Shown: positions 47,436-57,967 of the stretch, one piece after another | Position numbering within the stretch: the stretch's first letter is position 1 | Layout of the letters: every line of letters begins with the position of its first letter | Assembly: GCA_965221695.1 (NCBI GenBank) | Contig: OZ244905.1 | Span: 2,048,001-2,112,000 of the forward strand | Origin: Gammaproteobacteria bacterium | GTDB taxonomy: Bacteria; Pseudomonadota; Gammaproteobacteria; Eutrophobiales; Eutrophobiaceae | DNA length: 64,000 nt | Direction: 5' to 3' | The notes under the pieces: model-generated | Seen by the model: only the letters and a program-made list of their open reading frames with translations | Told to the model about the DNA's origin: nothing | Databases searched by the model: none | Program-made: the position numbers and the translations under genes

Positions 47436-48257
47436 ATGAAGGATGAAAAAATTACCTTTGTCGGTTGCGGCAACATGGGGATGAGCCTCATCAGCGGGCT
47501 TCTCGCGAATGGCCATCCTGCGTCGTCACTGGCCGGCATCGACCCGGATGAAACCCGGCGGCGCGAGCTGGCGCAACAGCACGCTATACGCGCCACGGCA
47601 ACGATAGCGGAAGGCGCACCCGGCGCAGACGTGCTGGTATTGGCCATAAAGCCGCAGATACTACCTGCCGCACTTGCCGAGATTAAATCCGCGCTGCATA
47701 GCGAACGCCCACTGGTCCTGTCCATCGCCGCCGGCGTGCGCAGCGAAACCATCAGCCGGGCGCTTGGCGACGCCTGCCCGGTAGTGCGCGCGATGCCCAA
47801 CACCCCTGCCCTGTTGGGCGCCGGCGCAACAGGCCTGTTCGCAGCAGCGGCTGTGAGCGCAGAACAACGCCGGCTGGCTATGCATATCATGCAGGCGGCT
47901 GGTGTTGCCGTGTGGTTGGACGATGAGGCGCTACTGGATGCCGTCACCGCAGTCTCGGGCAGTGGCCCTGCGTATTTTTTTCTGATCGTCGAGCTGCTGG
48001 AAAAAATAGGCGCTGAAATAGGCCTGTCTCCGCAACAGGCGCATTTGCTCAGCGTGGAAACTGCGCTGGGCGCGGCAAGAATGCTGAAGGAAACCGGCAC
48101 GGACGCGGCAACCCTGAGAAAGCGGGTCACATCCCCCGGCGGCACCACGGAGAGCGCATTGCAGGTATTTCAGGAAGGCGGGCTGGAGCCGTTGCTGCGG
48201 CGCGCGCTGACGGCATGCCGGGACCGTTCGGTGGAACTCGCACAACAGGCGGAGTGA
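47436..48257 (+). CDS. proC: Pyrroline-5-carboxylate reductase
   Basis: GCGNMG, RAMPNTP, SGSGPAY, VTSPGGTT. Confidence 0.96.
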   Translation: MKDEKITFVGCGNMGMSLISGLLANGHPASSLAGIDPDETRRRELAQQHAIRATATIAEGAPGADVLVLAIKPQILPAALAEIKSALHSERPLVLSIAAGVRSETISRALGDACPVVRAMPNTPALLGAGATGLFAAAAVSAEQRRLAMHIMQAAGVAVWLDDEALLDAVTAVSGSGPAYFFLIVELLEKIGAEIGLSPQQAHLLSVETALGAARMLKETGTDAATLRKRVTSPGGTTESALQVFQEGGLEPLLRRALTACRDRSVELAQQAE

Positions 48258-48260
48258 GAG

Positions 48261-48842
48261 ATGGAGAGTTCTTACCTGTCCGACGCCGTGCTGTACTTGA
48301 TCAATACGATCTTTTCCCTGTACATTTTGCTGGTGGCGCTGCGCTTTCTGCTGCAAATGGTCAGGGCCGACGCCCGCAGCCCCGTCTCGCAATTCCTGCT
48401 GGCGGCGACCAATCCACCGCTGCGCCCGTTGCGCCGCATCATTCCGGGATACGCCGGTGTTGACTGGTCGTGCATTATCCTTATGCTCGCGCTGCAGGCT
48501 ATTGAGCTGTTCCTGGTCTGCCTGATCGGTTTCGGTGTGTTCCTCGCGCTTCCCGGACTGATCCTGCTCAGCGCCGCCGAGCTGCTGAAACTGATCATCT
48601 ATATCTTCATGTTCGTGATTTTCGTACAGGTCATTCTCAGTTGGATCAGCCCGCGCACATACAACTCGGTAACGGCGCTCGTATACCAGTTGTCGGAACC
48701 CCTTTTGCAGCCTGCGCGCCGGTTATTGCCTGCGACCCACGGTATGGACTTCTCGCCGATACTGGTGTTTATTCTGTTGCAACTGTCATTGATGCTGCTG
48801 GTAAGGCCCCTGGCCGACCTGGGACGGGCCTTGGCCGTTTGA
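48261..48842 (+). CDS. yggT: YggT family membrane protein
   Basis: Two YGGT repeats (TNPPLRPLRRIIP; SEPLLQPARRLLP..DFSP). Confidence 0.92.
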   Translation: MESSYLSDAVLYLINTIFSLYILLVALRFLLQMVRADARSPVSQFLLAATNPPLRPLRRIIPGYAGVDWSCIILMLALQAIELFLVCLIGFGVFLALPGLILLSAAELLKLIIYIFMFVIFVQVILSWISPRTYNSVTALVYQLSEPLLQPARRLLPATHGMDFSPILVFILLQLSLMLLVRPLADLGRALAV

Positions 48843-48991
48843 CCCGGCGCGGCCAGCGCATCCACTGGCGCAATATGCGGGTTCAAACCGTAGTTGCCAC
48901 ATCGGCACAGTGCGCGCAGGCTTCCACATCCCTGTTGCCAGTTTCGGGCCTGGTATAGTATTCTTGAACTTCCAGTAATAAGGAGCATCCG

Positions 48992-49435
48992 ATGTCCCGC
49001 ACTGCAACCGCTTTTATCGCATTTTTACTGATGGCAGCCGGCCTGGCCGCCAACGCAGAACAATCCAAGACCTTCGGTGATTACACCATCCACTATATCG
49101 CGTTTACCACGGACCTGTTATCGCCAGAGATAGCCCGCTTGTACAAAATCCGCCGCAGCAAGAACCGCGCCATCATCAATATCTCCGTGCTCAAAAAAGT
49201 GATGGGCACGACCGGTCAACCGGTCAAAGCACAGGTGGAAGCCACCGCGACGAATTTGAACCGGCAAATGAAAACCCTGAAAACCCGGGAGTTGAGCAGC
49301 AACGGCGCGCTCTACTATATCGCTGAAACGACCGTGAATAACGAAGAGACGCTCAATTTCGACCTGAATATTATCCCTGAAGGCGAGTCTGTCGCGCTGA
49401 GTTTCTCGTTTCAGCAGCAGTTTTTTACCGACTGA
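48992..49435 (+). CDS. DUF4426-like exported protein
   Basis: Signal peptide, FGDYTIHY, IRRSKNRAIINISV, ALYYIAE; usual position after yggT. Confidence 0.8.
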   Translation: MSRTATAFIAFLLMAAGLAANAEQSKTFGDYTIHYIAFTTDLLSPEIARLYKIRRSKNRAIINISVLKKVMGTTGQPVKAQVEATATNLNRQMKTLKTRELSSNGALYYIAETTVNNEETLNFDLNIIPEGESVALSFSFQQQFFTD

Positions 49436-49555
49436 AGTCCCGACAGGGCCGGCGCGGCGACCGGCGCCTGGCTTAACACCGTGTCATCTGAGTAAGACTC
49501 CTGACCACATCTCAATGGGGGTGAAACCGCGACCGACGCCCGGTTCAACACCGGC

Positions 49556-50323
49556 TTATATATCGTATTCGATGGTCAGCGGGGCGTGATCCGAAAACCG
49601 CTGGTCCTTGTAGATGGAAACATCCTTGATGCTGTGCGCGAGGCCAGGCGTAACCACCTGGTAATCGATACGCCAACCCACGTTCTTTGCCCAAGACTGG
49701 CCGCGGTTTGACCACCAGGTATACTGTTCCGCCTCCTGGTTCACCACTCGGAACGCGTCGACCAAGCCCATCTCGCCGAAAATCTTGTCCATCCAGGCCC
49801 TTTCTTCGGGCAGGAAACCCGAATTTTTCTGATTGCTGCGCCAGTTCTTCAGGTCGATTTGCTTGTGGGCGATGTTCCAATCGCCGCAGATGATGAATTC
49901 TTTTCCCGATCGCAGGATGTCCGCCAACACCTGCTCGTAGCGCGCCAGGAAGTCATACTTGATGGCCTGGCGTTCGTCTCCTGACGTTCCGGACGGCATG
50001 TACAGGGACACGACGCTGACGTCGGGGTAATCCGCCTGCAGAAAACGGCCTTCCAAATCGGCCGTCTCCCAACCCAGGCGGCTGTCTACCCGGTCCGGTT
50101 CACGGCGGGAATACAGGGCAACGCCGCTGTATCCTTTTTTCTGCGCGCTGTTGAAATACCCGAAATACCCGTCCGGTTGCAGGACACTGTCGTCCAGTTG
50201 TTCGGTCATCGCCTTTATTTCCTGCAAACAGACGACATCGGCATCCTGTTGCAGCATCCAGTCAAGAAATCCCTTGTTACACGCGGAGCGGATGCCGTTG
50301 GCATTTAATGTAATTATCTTCAT
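49556..50323 (-). CDS. Exodeoxyribonuclease III family (second paralogue)
   Basis: NANGIRS, LQEIK, GYSGVA, GDWNIAH, GWRIDY, SDHAP. Confidence 0.93.
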   Translation of the reverse strand: MKIITLNANGIRSACNKGFLDWMLQQDADVVCLQEIKAMTEQLDDSVLQPDGYFGYFNSAQKKGYSGVALYSRREPDRVDSRLGWETADLEGRFLQADYPDVSVVSLYMPSGTSGDERQAIKYDFLARYEQVLADILRSGKEFIICGDWNIAHKQIDLKNWRSNQKNSGFLPEERAWMDKIFGEMGLVDAFRVVNQEAEQYTWWSNRGQSWAKNVGWRIDYQVVTPGLAHSIKDVSIYKDQRFSDHAPLTIEYDI

Positions 50324-50393
50324 AGCTGGGGTATACTGAACGAAAATTCTCAAAAATCAATCGTATCTTCACAGTTTCCGCGGAGGGACTGAT

Positions 50394-51239
50394 ATGCCGA
50401 TCTTCGAGAACCCCGACCCTGACATCAAGTCGATGAAAGGGCTTCACTTGTACTATTACTTCATGTCCAACTGCGCCCAGCGACCCAGCCTCGCGCTGGA
50501 AGAAAAGGGGGTGGAGTGGACTCCTCATGCGGTAAACCTGTTCACCCAGGAAAACACGAAGGATGAATACTTCAGGATCAACCCCAAGGGGCTTGTGCCC
50601 GCGCTGGTGCACGACGGCCGGGTCGTCACCGAATCGATAGACATCCTGCGATATATCGAGGAGCAATTCCCGGAGCCCCCACTGTACCCGTCCGATCCGG
50701 ATCTGCGCCGGGAGGTGGACGAGTGGATCGATACCGCGACGGAAAGGCACCTGCCTGTGGTCAAGACCTACATGTATTCCACGGTGCTGGGCGCGTCGAA
50801 GAAACCCGAGATGATGGACCACTACCTGGAGAAACAGAAAGACCAGGAGCTGATCGACTTTCATCAGCAAACTCTGTCCGGATTCGATGAATCCAGGATC
50901 GCGCAAGCCGAACGCGACCTGTTTGCGTTCTACGACGACATTGAAAAAGCGCTCAGCCGGCATGAATGGCTGGTCGGCGACACCTTCAGCTATGCCGACA
51001 TCACCTGGTTCGTCACGTATTTCATGAACCGGCGCGTCGGCGCGGTCGATTTCCGGAATTACCCCAATATTCGCAACTGGGGCGATCGCATCAAACAACG
51101 GCCTTCTTTCAAGGGAGGCATAGCCCGGCTGCAGCCCTGGTATGCGCCACTTGTCTGCCTGATGTTGCGCGCCAAATCACGCATACAGCGCGGCGGGCCG
51201 GCGCCGGCGCGCCCGCGGGCGATCGCGCACAGCCCTTGA
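50394..51239 (+). CDS. Glutathione S-transferase family protein
   Basis: SNCAQR, INPKGLVPAL, ESIDILRYI, WLVGDTFSYADI. Confidence 0.9.
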   Translation: MPIFENPDPDIKSMKGLHLYYYFMSNCAQRPSLALEEKGVEWTPHAVNLFTQENTKDEYFRINPKGLVPALVHDGRVVTESIDILRYIEEQFPEPPLYPSDPDLRREVDEWIDTATERHLPVVKTYMYSTVLGASKKPEMMDHYLEKQKDQELIDFHQQTLSGFDESRIAQAERDLFAFYDDIEKALSRHEWLVGDTFSYADITWFVTYFMNRRVGAVDFRNYPNIRNWGDRIKQRPSFKGGIARLQPWYAPLVCLMLRAKSRIQRGGPAPARPRAIAHSP

Positions 51240-51249
51240 CGGGGAAACG

Positions 51250-51915
51250 GTGGAACACCACAAAGCCGCATTCATCGAGTTCGCAATCCGCAACAACGTA
51301 CTGCAATTCGGCGAATTTACGCTCAAGTCCGGACGCACCAGCCCTTATTTTTTCAACAGCGGCCTGTTTAACGACGGCAACAGCATCGGCCAACTGGGAA
51401 CCTTCTATCTGCAGGCCATTGAGCATGCCGGCCTGCAATTTGACATGTTGTTCGGGCCGGCGTACAAAGGCATCCCGTTGGTCACCGCGGTTGCCATTGC
51501 CTACGCACGCGAGCAGGGACGTTCATTGCCGTACAGTTTCAACCGCAAGGAGGAAAAGGACCACGGCGAAGGCGGCGTGGTTGCCGGCGCGCCGCTGCAA
51601 GGCGCGACACTGATTATCGACGATGTCATTACTGCCGGCACATCGGTCCATTATTCCATCGACCTGATCCGTCGCCATGGCGCCCGGCCCGCGGCCGTGG
51701 TCATCGCACTGGACCGCCAGGAACGGGGACTCGGCGATACGGGCAGCTCCGCCATCGAAGAGATAGAGAGTGATTACGGGGTGCCGGTGGTCCCGATTGT
51801 CTCGCTCGATGACCTGGCGCTATTCCTGGGCAAAGACCCGGCGTATTCAGGGCCGTACAACGATATCCTGAAATACCGGGCGGAATACGGGATCCGGAAC
51901 CGGCCTGAGGATTAA
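51250..51915 (+). CDS. pyrE: Orotate phosphoribosyltransferase
   Basis: FTLKSGRTSPYFFN, GPAYKGIP, KDHGEGG, DDVITAGT. Confidence 0.96.
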   Translation: MEHHKAAFIEFAIRNNVLQFGEFTLKSGRTSPYFFNSGLFNDGNSIGQLGTFYLQAIEHAGLQFDMLFGPAYKGIPLVTAVAIAYAREQGRSLPYSFNRKEEKDHGEGGVVAGAPLQGATLIIDDVITAGTSVHYSIDLIRRHGARPAAVVIALDRQERGLGDTGSSAIEEIESDYGVPVVPIVSLDDLALFLGKDPAYSGPYNDILKYRAEYGIRNRPED

Positions 51916-51955
51916 GCGGGGTCAGCGTTGACCCTGTGGCATTACCTGGATTTCA

Positions 51956-53347
51956 TCAAAACGACAACTGCAAACCTTTCTCCGCCGCCTGTAACCACTC
52001 GCGGAAGCGCTGTTGTATGGTTTCCAGCGCATCCTTGTCATCGGCTTCAAAGCGCACGGTAAGTACCGGAGAGGTGTTGGAGGCCCGCACCAGGCCCCAA
52101 CCATCGGGGAATTCCACCCGCACGCCGTCCGTATCGATGATCTGCGCGCCGGGGAATTCAGCGCTGTCCTTAAGTTTCTGCATACAGGTATGATGCGAGG
52201 CCTCCGGCAACCTGACCCGCAGTTCCGGTGTTGATACCCCTTCCGGCATCTCCGCAAACAAGGCTTCCGAACGTTGTCCATTGTTTACCAGGATTTCCAG
52301 CAGGCGCGCGCCGGCATAGATGGCATCATCGAACCCGTACCAGCGTTCCTTGAAAAAGATATGACCACTCAGCTCACCTGCCAGCGGCGCCTCCATCTCC
52401 TCCATTTTGCTCTTGATCAGGGAATGGCCGGTCTTCCACATTAGCGGCACGCCGCCGTTATTCTCGACAACGGTTTTCAGGTGGCGCGAACATTTCACAT
52501 CATAAATGATGGCGGCGCCTTGGTTGCGGGACAGCACATCCTTCGCAAATACCATCAACTGCCGGTCTGGCCAGATAATATGTCCGGCGCTGTCAACGAC
52601 TCCGAGCCGGTCGCCGTCACCGTCAAATGCCAGGCCGATATCGGCCCCACTGGATTGTACCCGCGCGATCAGCGCGTCGAGGTTTTCCGGCTGGCTGGGG
52701 TCCGGGTGGTGATTGGGAAACGCGCCGTCCACGTCGCAATACATTTCTTCCACATCATGCCCCAGGGCGCGGAACAGTTGCGGCGCGATCACGCCCGCGA
52801 CGCCGTTACCACAATCGACAATAATCTTCAGCGCCGCGCCCGGCGCTACGGGTGGGATATCGGCGGCTACCCGGGCGACATAATCGGCCTTCACATCAGA
52901 CGAAGACAGCTTCCCCCGGCCTTGCGTGAAATCCTCCGCAATGATGCGCCGGTAAATTTCCTGCAGGTCTTCCCCGTGCAGGGTTTTTCCGGCTATGATC
53001 AGTTTCATGCCGTTATATTCAGGGCCGTTATGACTGCCTGTCACCATTACCCCGCTGTTGGCCGGCAACCAGTGCGTGGCAAAGTACAGCAGCGGCGTCG
53101 GGACAATGCCGATGTCCACGACATCCCGGCCGCTGGCGCGCAAGCCCGCAATCAGCGCGTCTGACAATTCCGGGCTGGAGTCCCTGCCGTCCCGACCCAC
53201 GGCAATTTCCTGTTCTCCCCTTTCCGCAGCCTCGGTACCAATACCAAGGCCAATCAAGCGGGCAATGTCGGCCGTCAACGTCTGGCCGACAATTCCGCGA
53301 ATGTCGTAGGCGCGGAAGATGGATGCGGGGAGTTCTGAAACGGTCAC
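51956..53347 (-). CDS. algC: Phosphomannomutase/phosphoglucomutase
   Basis: FRAYDIRG, TGSHN, FDGDGDR, GELSGH, VRASNT. Confidence 0.95.
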   Translation of the reverse strand: MTVSELPASIFRAYDIRGIVGQTLTADIARLIGLGIGTEAAERGEQEIAVGRDGRDSSPELSDALIAGLRASGRDVVDIGIVPTPLLYFATHWLPANSGVMVTGSHNGPEYNGMKLIIAGKTLHGEDLQEIYRRIIAEDFTQGRGKLSSSDVKADYVARVAADIPPVAPGAALKIIVDCGNGVAGVIAPQLFRALGHDVEEMYCDVDGAFPNHHPDPSQPENLDALIARVQSSGADIGLAFDGDGDRLGVVDSAGHIIWPDRQLMVFAKDVLSRNQGAAIIYDVKCSRHLKTVVENNGGVPLMWKTGHSLIKSKMEEMEAPLAGELSGHIFFKERWYGFDDAIYAGARLLEILVNNGQRSEALFAEMPEGVSTPELRVRLPEASHHTCMQKLKDSAEFPGAQIIDTDGVRVEFPDGWGLVRASNTSPVLTVRFEADDKDALETIQQRFREWLQAAEKGLQLSF

Positions 53348-53354
53348 TTGGCGT

Positions 53355-54596
53355 TCAGTCCTGAACGTCTTTTACTTTGGGCTTTTGCGCTTGTCCGGAG
53401 GATTTTTCGCGATAGCGTTCGCTGATCAGTTCCACCAGTTGCCCGGCCAGCTTTTCCTTGGGCGCGGTTGCCAGCGAACTTGAGCCACCCGTCCAGAAAA
53501 CATCCAGCGCATTTTCTTCGTTATCAAAGCCCAGGCCGTCTCCCACCCGGTTCGCCGCGATCATGTCCAGGTTTTTGGCCTTCAATTTCTTCTTGGCATT
53601 GTCATGCAGGTTTTCCGTCTCCGCGGCAAAACCGACCGTGAACGGTGGGCTGTCCAGCGCCGCGACTTGCGCAAGAATGTCCGGCGTTTTCTCCAGGCGC
53701 AACAGCAGGTCCGACTCCTTTTTCTTCATCTTCTGCGGCGCCGCCCTGCCGGTACGGTAATCGGCCACCGCCGCGGCCGAAACGAAGATGTCACAAGCCG
53801 GCGCTGCGGCAAGAACTTCGGACTGCATCTGCTGCGCTGAAACCACATCAATAACCCTGACCCGCGCCGGCGCCGCGAGCGTAACAGGGCCGGACACCAG
53901 CGTAACCGTCGCGCCTGCCTCTTCGGCCGCACGGGCCACCGCATACCCCATCCGGCCCGAACTGCAGTTGCTGAGATAACGCACCGGATCGATAAACTCA
54001 CGGGTCGGCCCGGCACTGACCAGCACACTGACGCCGGCAAACCGGTTCGTCCTGCCGGCTGCAATGATCGCCTCAATCAGCTCCCCGGGTTCAAGCAGCC
54101 GCCCCGGGCCTGTCTCTCCGCAGGCCTGTGCGCCGCTGTCAGGGCCAAGCAACGCGACTCCCCGGGCCTGCAGGCGTTCAATGTTGTCCCGTGTCGCCGG
54201 GTTCTGCCACATCTGCCGGTTCATTGCCGGCGCAACCAGTAGCGGCGCAGCCGTTGCCAGGCACAGCGTCGATAACAGGTCGTCAGCCAGGCCGTTGCTC
54301 AGGCGCGCAATAAAGTTCGCGGTGGCCGGCGCAATCACGACCACATCTGCCCAACGGGCGAGTTCGATATGCCCCATCGCGGCTTCGGCTTCATGGTCCA
54401 GCAGGTCAGTATGCACCGGGTTCCCGGACAGCGCCTGCAAGGTCAGGGGCGTAATAAATTCGGTTGCTGCCGGGGTCATCACCACGCGCACCGCGGCGCC
54501 GTGATCGCGCAGCCGCCGGACCAGTTCGGCGCTCTTGTACGCGGCAATGCCTCCGGATATACCCACCAGGATGCGTTTGTCAGTCAACGATTGCAT
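53355..54596 (-). CDS. coaBC: Bifunctional PPC decarboxylase/synthetase
   Basis: GGIAAYKS, HIELA, PAMN, AGPTRE..DPVRY, GFAAET. Confidence 0.96.
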   Translation of the reverse strand: MQSLTDKRILVGISGGIAAYKSAELVRRLRDHGAAVRVVMTPAATEFITPLTLQALSGNPVHTDLLDHEAEAAMGHIELARWADVVVIAPATANFIARLSNGLADDLLSTLCLATAAPLLVAPAMNRQMWQNPATRDNIERLQARGVALLGPDSGAQACGETGPGRLLEPGELIEAIIAAGRTNRFAGVSVLVSAGPTREFIDPVRYLSNCSSGRMGYAVARAAEEAGATVTLVSGPVTLAAPARVRVIDVVSAQQMQSEVLAAAPACDIFVSAAAVADYRTGRAAPQKMKKKESDLLLRLEKTPDILAQVAALDSPPFTVGFAAETENLHDNAKKKLKAKNLDMIAANRVGDGLGFDNEENALDVFWTGGSSSLATAPKEKLAGQLVELISERYREKSSGQAQKPKVKDVQD

Positions 54597-54730
54597 CGCG
54601 CAAGTTTAGCCGATAATCGGCGCCAGCGCATAGTTTCATTCCCTGTGTTCATTCCATGTTGTCACCCTGCGCTTAATCCTGTATGCTCTAGCCTTATCTT
54701 ACTCTTACCTACAGAACAAGGAGGTTCAAC

Positions 54731-55405
54731 ATGGCAATCCGCCACTGGCCGCAAACCGAACAACCCCGCTTCAAGCTTCTGAACAACGGCCCGCAAAGCC
54801 TGTCCGATGCGGAATTGATCGCGCTGTTCCTTGGTTCCGGCTACAGCGGCCACAGCGCCGTCGACATGGCCAGAGACATGCTGTCCAAGGCCCAGGGATT
54901 GCGCCCGTTGCTGGAACAGGACCGCAATAGCCTGCTGAAGACCAAGGGGCTGGGCGAGGCCAAGTGGGTGTTACTGCAAGCCGCGCTGGAACTGGGCCGC
55001 CGTTACCTGGAAGCGGAGGTACGCGCCAGGCCGGCGCTGAGCAACCCCGACAAGACCAAGACCTACGTCAAAGCCTGGTTATGCCGCTACCCCCACGAAG
55101 TGTTTGCCTGCCTGTTCCTGGACAACCGCCACCGCATCATCAACAGCGAAATCCTGTTTACCGGCACCATTGACGGCGCCAGCGTCTACCCGCGCGAAGT
55201 GGTCAAACGCTGCCTGGAACTGAACGCCGCCGCGATTATCTTTGCCCACAACCACCCCTCAGGCATAGCCGAACCCAGCCAGGCCGACCGCCAGATCACA
55301 CTAAAACTGACCCAAGCCCTGGCGTTGATGGACGTACGCGTCCTAGACCACCTGGTAGTCGGCGACAAACTGGTGACATCCATGGCTGAACGGGGGTTGT
55401 TGTGA
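54731..55405 (+). CDS. radC: RadC (JAB/MPN) family protein
   Basis: LSDAELIA, VYPREVVK, AHNHPSG, LDHLVVG; divergent from coaBC. Confidence 0.95.
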   Translation: MAIRHWPQTEQPRFKLLNNGPQSLSDAELIALFLGSGYSGHSAVDMARDMLSKAQGLRPLLEQDRNSLLKTKGLGEAKWVLLQAALELGRRYLEAEVRARPALSNPDKTKTYVKAWLCRYPHEVFACLFLDNRHRIINSEILFTGTIDGASVYPREVVKRCLELNAAAIIFAHNHPSGIAEPSQADRQITLKLTQALALMDVRVLDHLVVGDKLVTSMAERGLL

Positions 55406-55497
55406 GTCGAACACAGTCGTTAATTCACCATCACCCGAAGCAAATGGCCAACTGGTATAATCTTGAAAAACGATGGTCCAATTTTTGGAGAAAAAAG

Positions 55498-56556
55498 ATG
55501 ATTCACTTGAGTAGCTTCACGGCTGTTCGATACCGTGGCATTGATGGGCTGGTGGTACCTCACCTGACAAAGGCCAATTTGATCACGGGTATGAATGGCA
55601 TAGGGAAGACAGCGCTGCTCGAAGCCATATGGCTTTTTTCCGGGAGACACAACCCTGGGCTATTGTGGAATGCCAATGTCCAACGTTCTGGTTCCACCTC
55701 GCCGATCTTGGACCCTATATCCCGGCTGACAGATGACAAACTGGATCTTCAGGGAATGGTAAACGGAGAAGAGTATAGCGTGGCGTTTGTTTTTGAGAAA
55801 CTGAATGGCTCTGCCGAATGGGTGCCTTCGTCCCATCCAATACGGGAAGGCGCGCCGACTTTGCCGCCTATTGTAGGATTCATCCGTACTTACCTTGATG
55901 GTGCGCTAGTAGAAGAAGCTCCAAAAGGTGTTCATCTAACGTCGCATGGAACGGTGCTACACCAACCTACGACTGTATCGTTAGAGCATCTCAACTGCGT
56001 CATAGAAAACGCAAGATTCCAGAATGAGGTACCAGGCGAGTACTTAAAGAGGTACACCGATTTGCGCACGCAAGGCCAAAAGGCAGAGTTGGTGAGCGCA
56101 ATGAATATGGTTGTTGAAGAAATCAAAGATGTGGAAATACTGGCCGATGATAGCGAGAGTCCGTACATCTCGGTAGAAATGGAAGGCGGGAAGCTACTCC
56201 CAATTCAAGACCTTGGAGGCGGCGCGGTCAGGTTGTTCAGGTTGCTGCTTGGTTTCTCCGCAGCGCCGAACGGTATTTTTTTGTCGGATGAACTGGAGAA
56301 CGGCATCTATTACCGTGCTCATCGTGCAGTTTGGGATAGAGCGCGAGAATGGATGGCTCAGTGGAACGTGCAATTCATTGCTACCACCCACAGCGGCGAA
56401 CTCGTCGACGCAGCAATTGGCGCGTTTGAAGATGCGCCAGATGATCTTGCGATCCACCAGTTGTTCCGAAACGAGAATACGGGACAGTTGGAAGTTGCCA
56501 CCTTTACCGGAGAGTCTCTATTAGGCGCGCGTAACCTCAACCTGGAAGTGCGCTAA
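55498..56556 (+). CDS. AAA_15/AAA_21-type ABC-like ATPase
   Basis: GMNGIGKT, degenerate signature LGGG, DELENG, ATTHS. Confidence 0.88.
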   Translation: MIHLSSFTAVRYRGIDGLVVPHLTKANLITGMNGIGKTALLEAIWLFSGRHNPGLLWNANVQRSGSTSPILDPISRLTDDKLDLQGMVNGEEYSVAFVFEKLNGSAEWVPSSHPIREGAPTLPPIVGFIRTYLDGALVEEAPKGVHLTSHGTVLHQPTTVSLEHLNCVIENARFQNEVPGEYLKRYTDLRTQGQKAELVSAMNMVVEEIKDVEILADDSESPYISVEMEGGKLLPIQDLGGGAVRLFRLLLGFSAAPNGIFLSDELENGIYYRAHRAVWDRAREWMAQWNVQFIATTHSGELVDAAIGAFEDAPDDLAIHQLFRNENTGQLEVATFTGESLLGARNLNLEVR

Positions 56557-57221
56557 TGCAGAATCATCGCGACGGAAACCCCCATTCCGAGGATAAACAT
56601 AGGATTGATAGCAAGCGGTTATTGCTGGTGGAGGGCCGGGATGAAGTCAACTTGTTTAAGGCATTGATTAAGAGGCAAATCGGCGATGATGCCGATATTC
56701 AAGTATTCGATGTTGGCGGAAAGGATCAATTCCCGTTAAACTTCTCTGCAGTAAATAAACAGGTGAAGACTCTTAAAGATTTTCGTTCCATCGGCGTCAT
56801 TCGGGACGCAGACGATGATGCCAAAGCTGCACTCGAGAGCGTCAGCGGTGCTCTTCGCAAAGCCGGATACAAGCCTCCAGACTCTCACGGCGCTTTTTCG
56901 AATGCATCTCCTTCGGTAGGCATTTTCATAGTACCCGACGGGCCCGACGGAGAGGAGGGGGGCGCTATCGAGACCTTGTGTCGACGGTCTGTGGAAGAAT
57001 CCGATGCGGGTCAGTGCGTCATGCAGTACCTGGAGTGTCTGGCCGAGCACAATGCGATGAAGTCAACAAACAAGGACAAGAGCTTTGCGCACGCCTACTT
57101 GGCTGCTATGCATAACCCAGTAGCCAGAGTTGGAGAAGGCGCATCGCAAGGTGTGTGGGACTTCGATTCGCCGGTGTTCAAGGAAATCGTGGATTTCATC
57201 CGCAAGCTGCAATCTGAGTAA
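56556..57221 (+). CDS. DUF3226-like (TOPRIM-like) protein
   Basis: LLVEGRDE, VGGKDQ, IRDAD, GAIETL; TAATG coupling to the ATPase. Confidence 0.8.
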   Translation: MQNHRDGNPHSEDKHRIDSKRLLLVEGRDEVNLFKALIKRQIGDDADIQVFDVGGKDQFPLNFSAVNKQVKTLKDFRSIGVIRDADDDAKAALESVSGALRKAGYKPPDSHGAFSNASPSVGIFIVPDGPDGEEGGAIETLCRRSVEESDAGQCVMQYLECLAEHNAMKSTNKDKSFAHAYLAAMHNPVARVGEGASQGVWDFDSPVFKEIVDFIRKLQSE

Positions 57222-57967
57222 CCTGTATGCGGGCGAGACGCCCATGGCTCCCAGAGAAGGCTGGCGGCTGCTGTATATTGTTTATCGAACAATAGCTTTT
57301 CTGAGCTAAATCCCACGTTTTTGATAATCGCCCGGATCCGCAGGTTTTTGGAGTTTCCTATTTTGCTGCTTATTCTCTTGAGGCTTATTGTTTTTAGGCA
57401 TGCTTTTGTGAGAAGCAGGTATATTTTGTGATGTATGTTTAATAGGCGCTGTCCAAACAGAGCTGGGAGAGATTATTCTACTACCAACTCGACACATCTG
57501 CGATGGCATAAGTCAGGGACCTCAAACACTATGTGGAGTGTACAAAGGGATGAGAAAATGATCACGAACACTATGAAAAAATCAAACCCGTGATAAAAAC
57601 AGAGTTTGACATCTTTCAAACCGGAACTACGAGATATTACTGAGAGAATAATGTTGTGGATGACCTCCCCGACTACTCCGTTGCCGGAGAGATCCCCTTG
57701 GGATCTTGTCATCGGGGAGGGACCTTTTTCTGTGCGGGCCTTTCCCTCTACCACCGTCAGAGAACACCCTTTGCTTGATATAAGAATATCATATCTGGAA
57801 AGCAGATTTAAATGAATTGGGGCAAAATAAGGAGCAACAGATCGACACATTGGAATTACGGCCACCGCCCAAAATTAGCGCTCAAAGCAGCTTATACCAG
57901 GGACTGGTATGACTGTGTCGGTCGCCGCAACGGTCGCCTCGGTCCCTGATATTCAGCCGCATTGAGT

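Noticed and set aside
49556-50323. Crc catabolite repression protein (position near pyrE)
   Set aside because: Catalytic GDWN and SDH motifs are intact, unlike Pseudomonas Crc
57306-57865. Short AT-rich ORFs between DUF3226 and SRAP
   Set aside because: No recognisable family in any frame; probably an eroded gene, cannot be called
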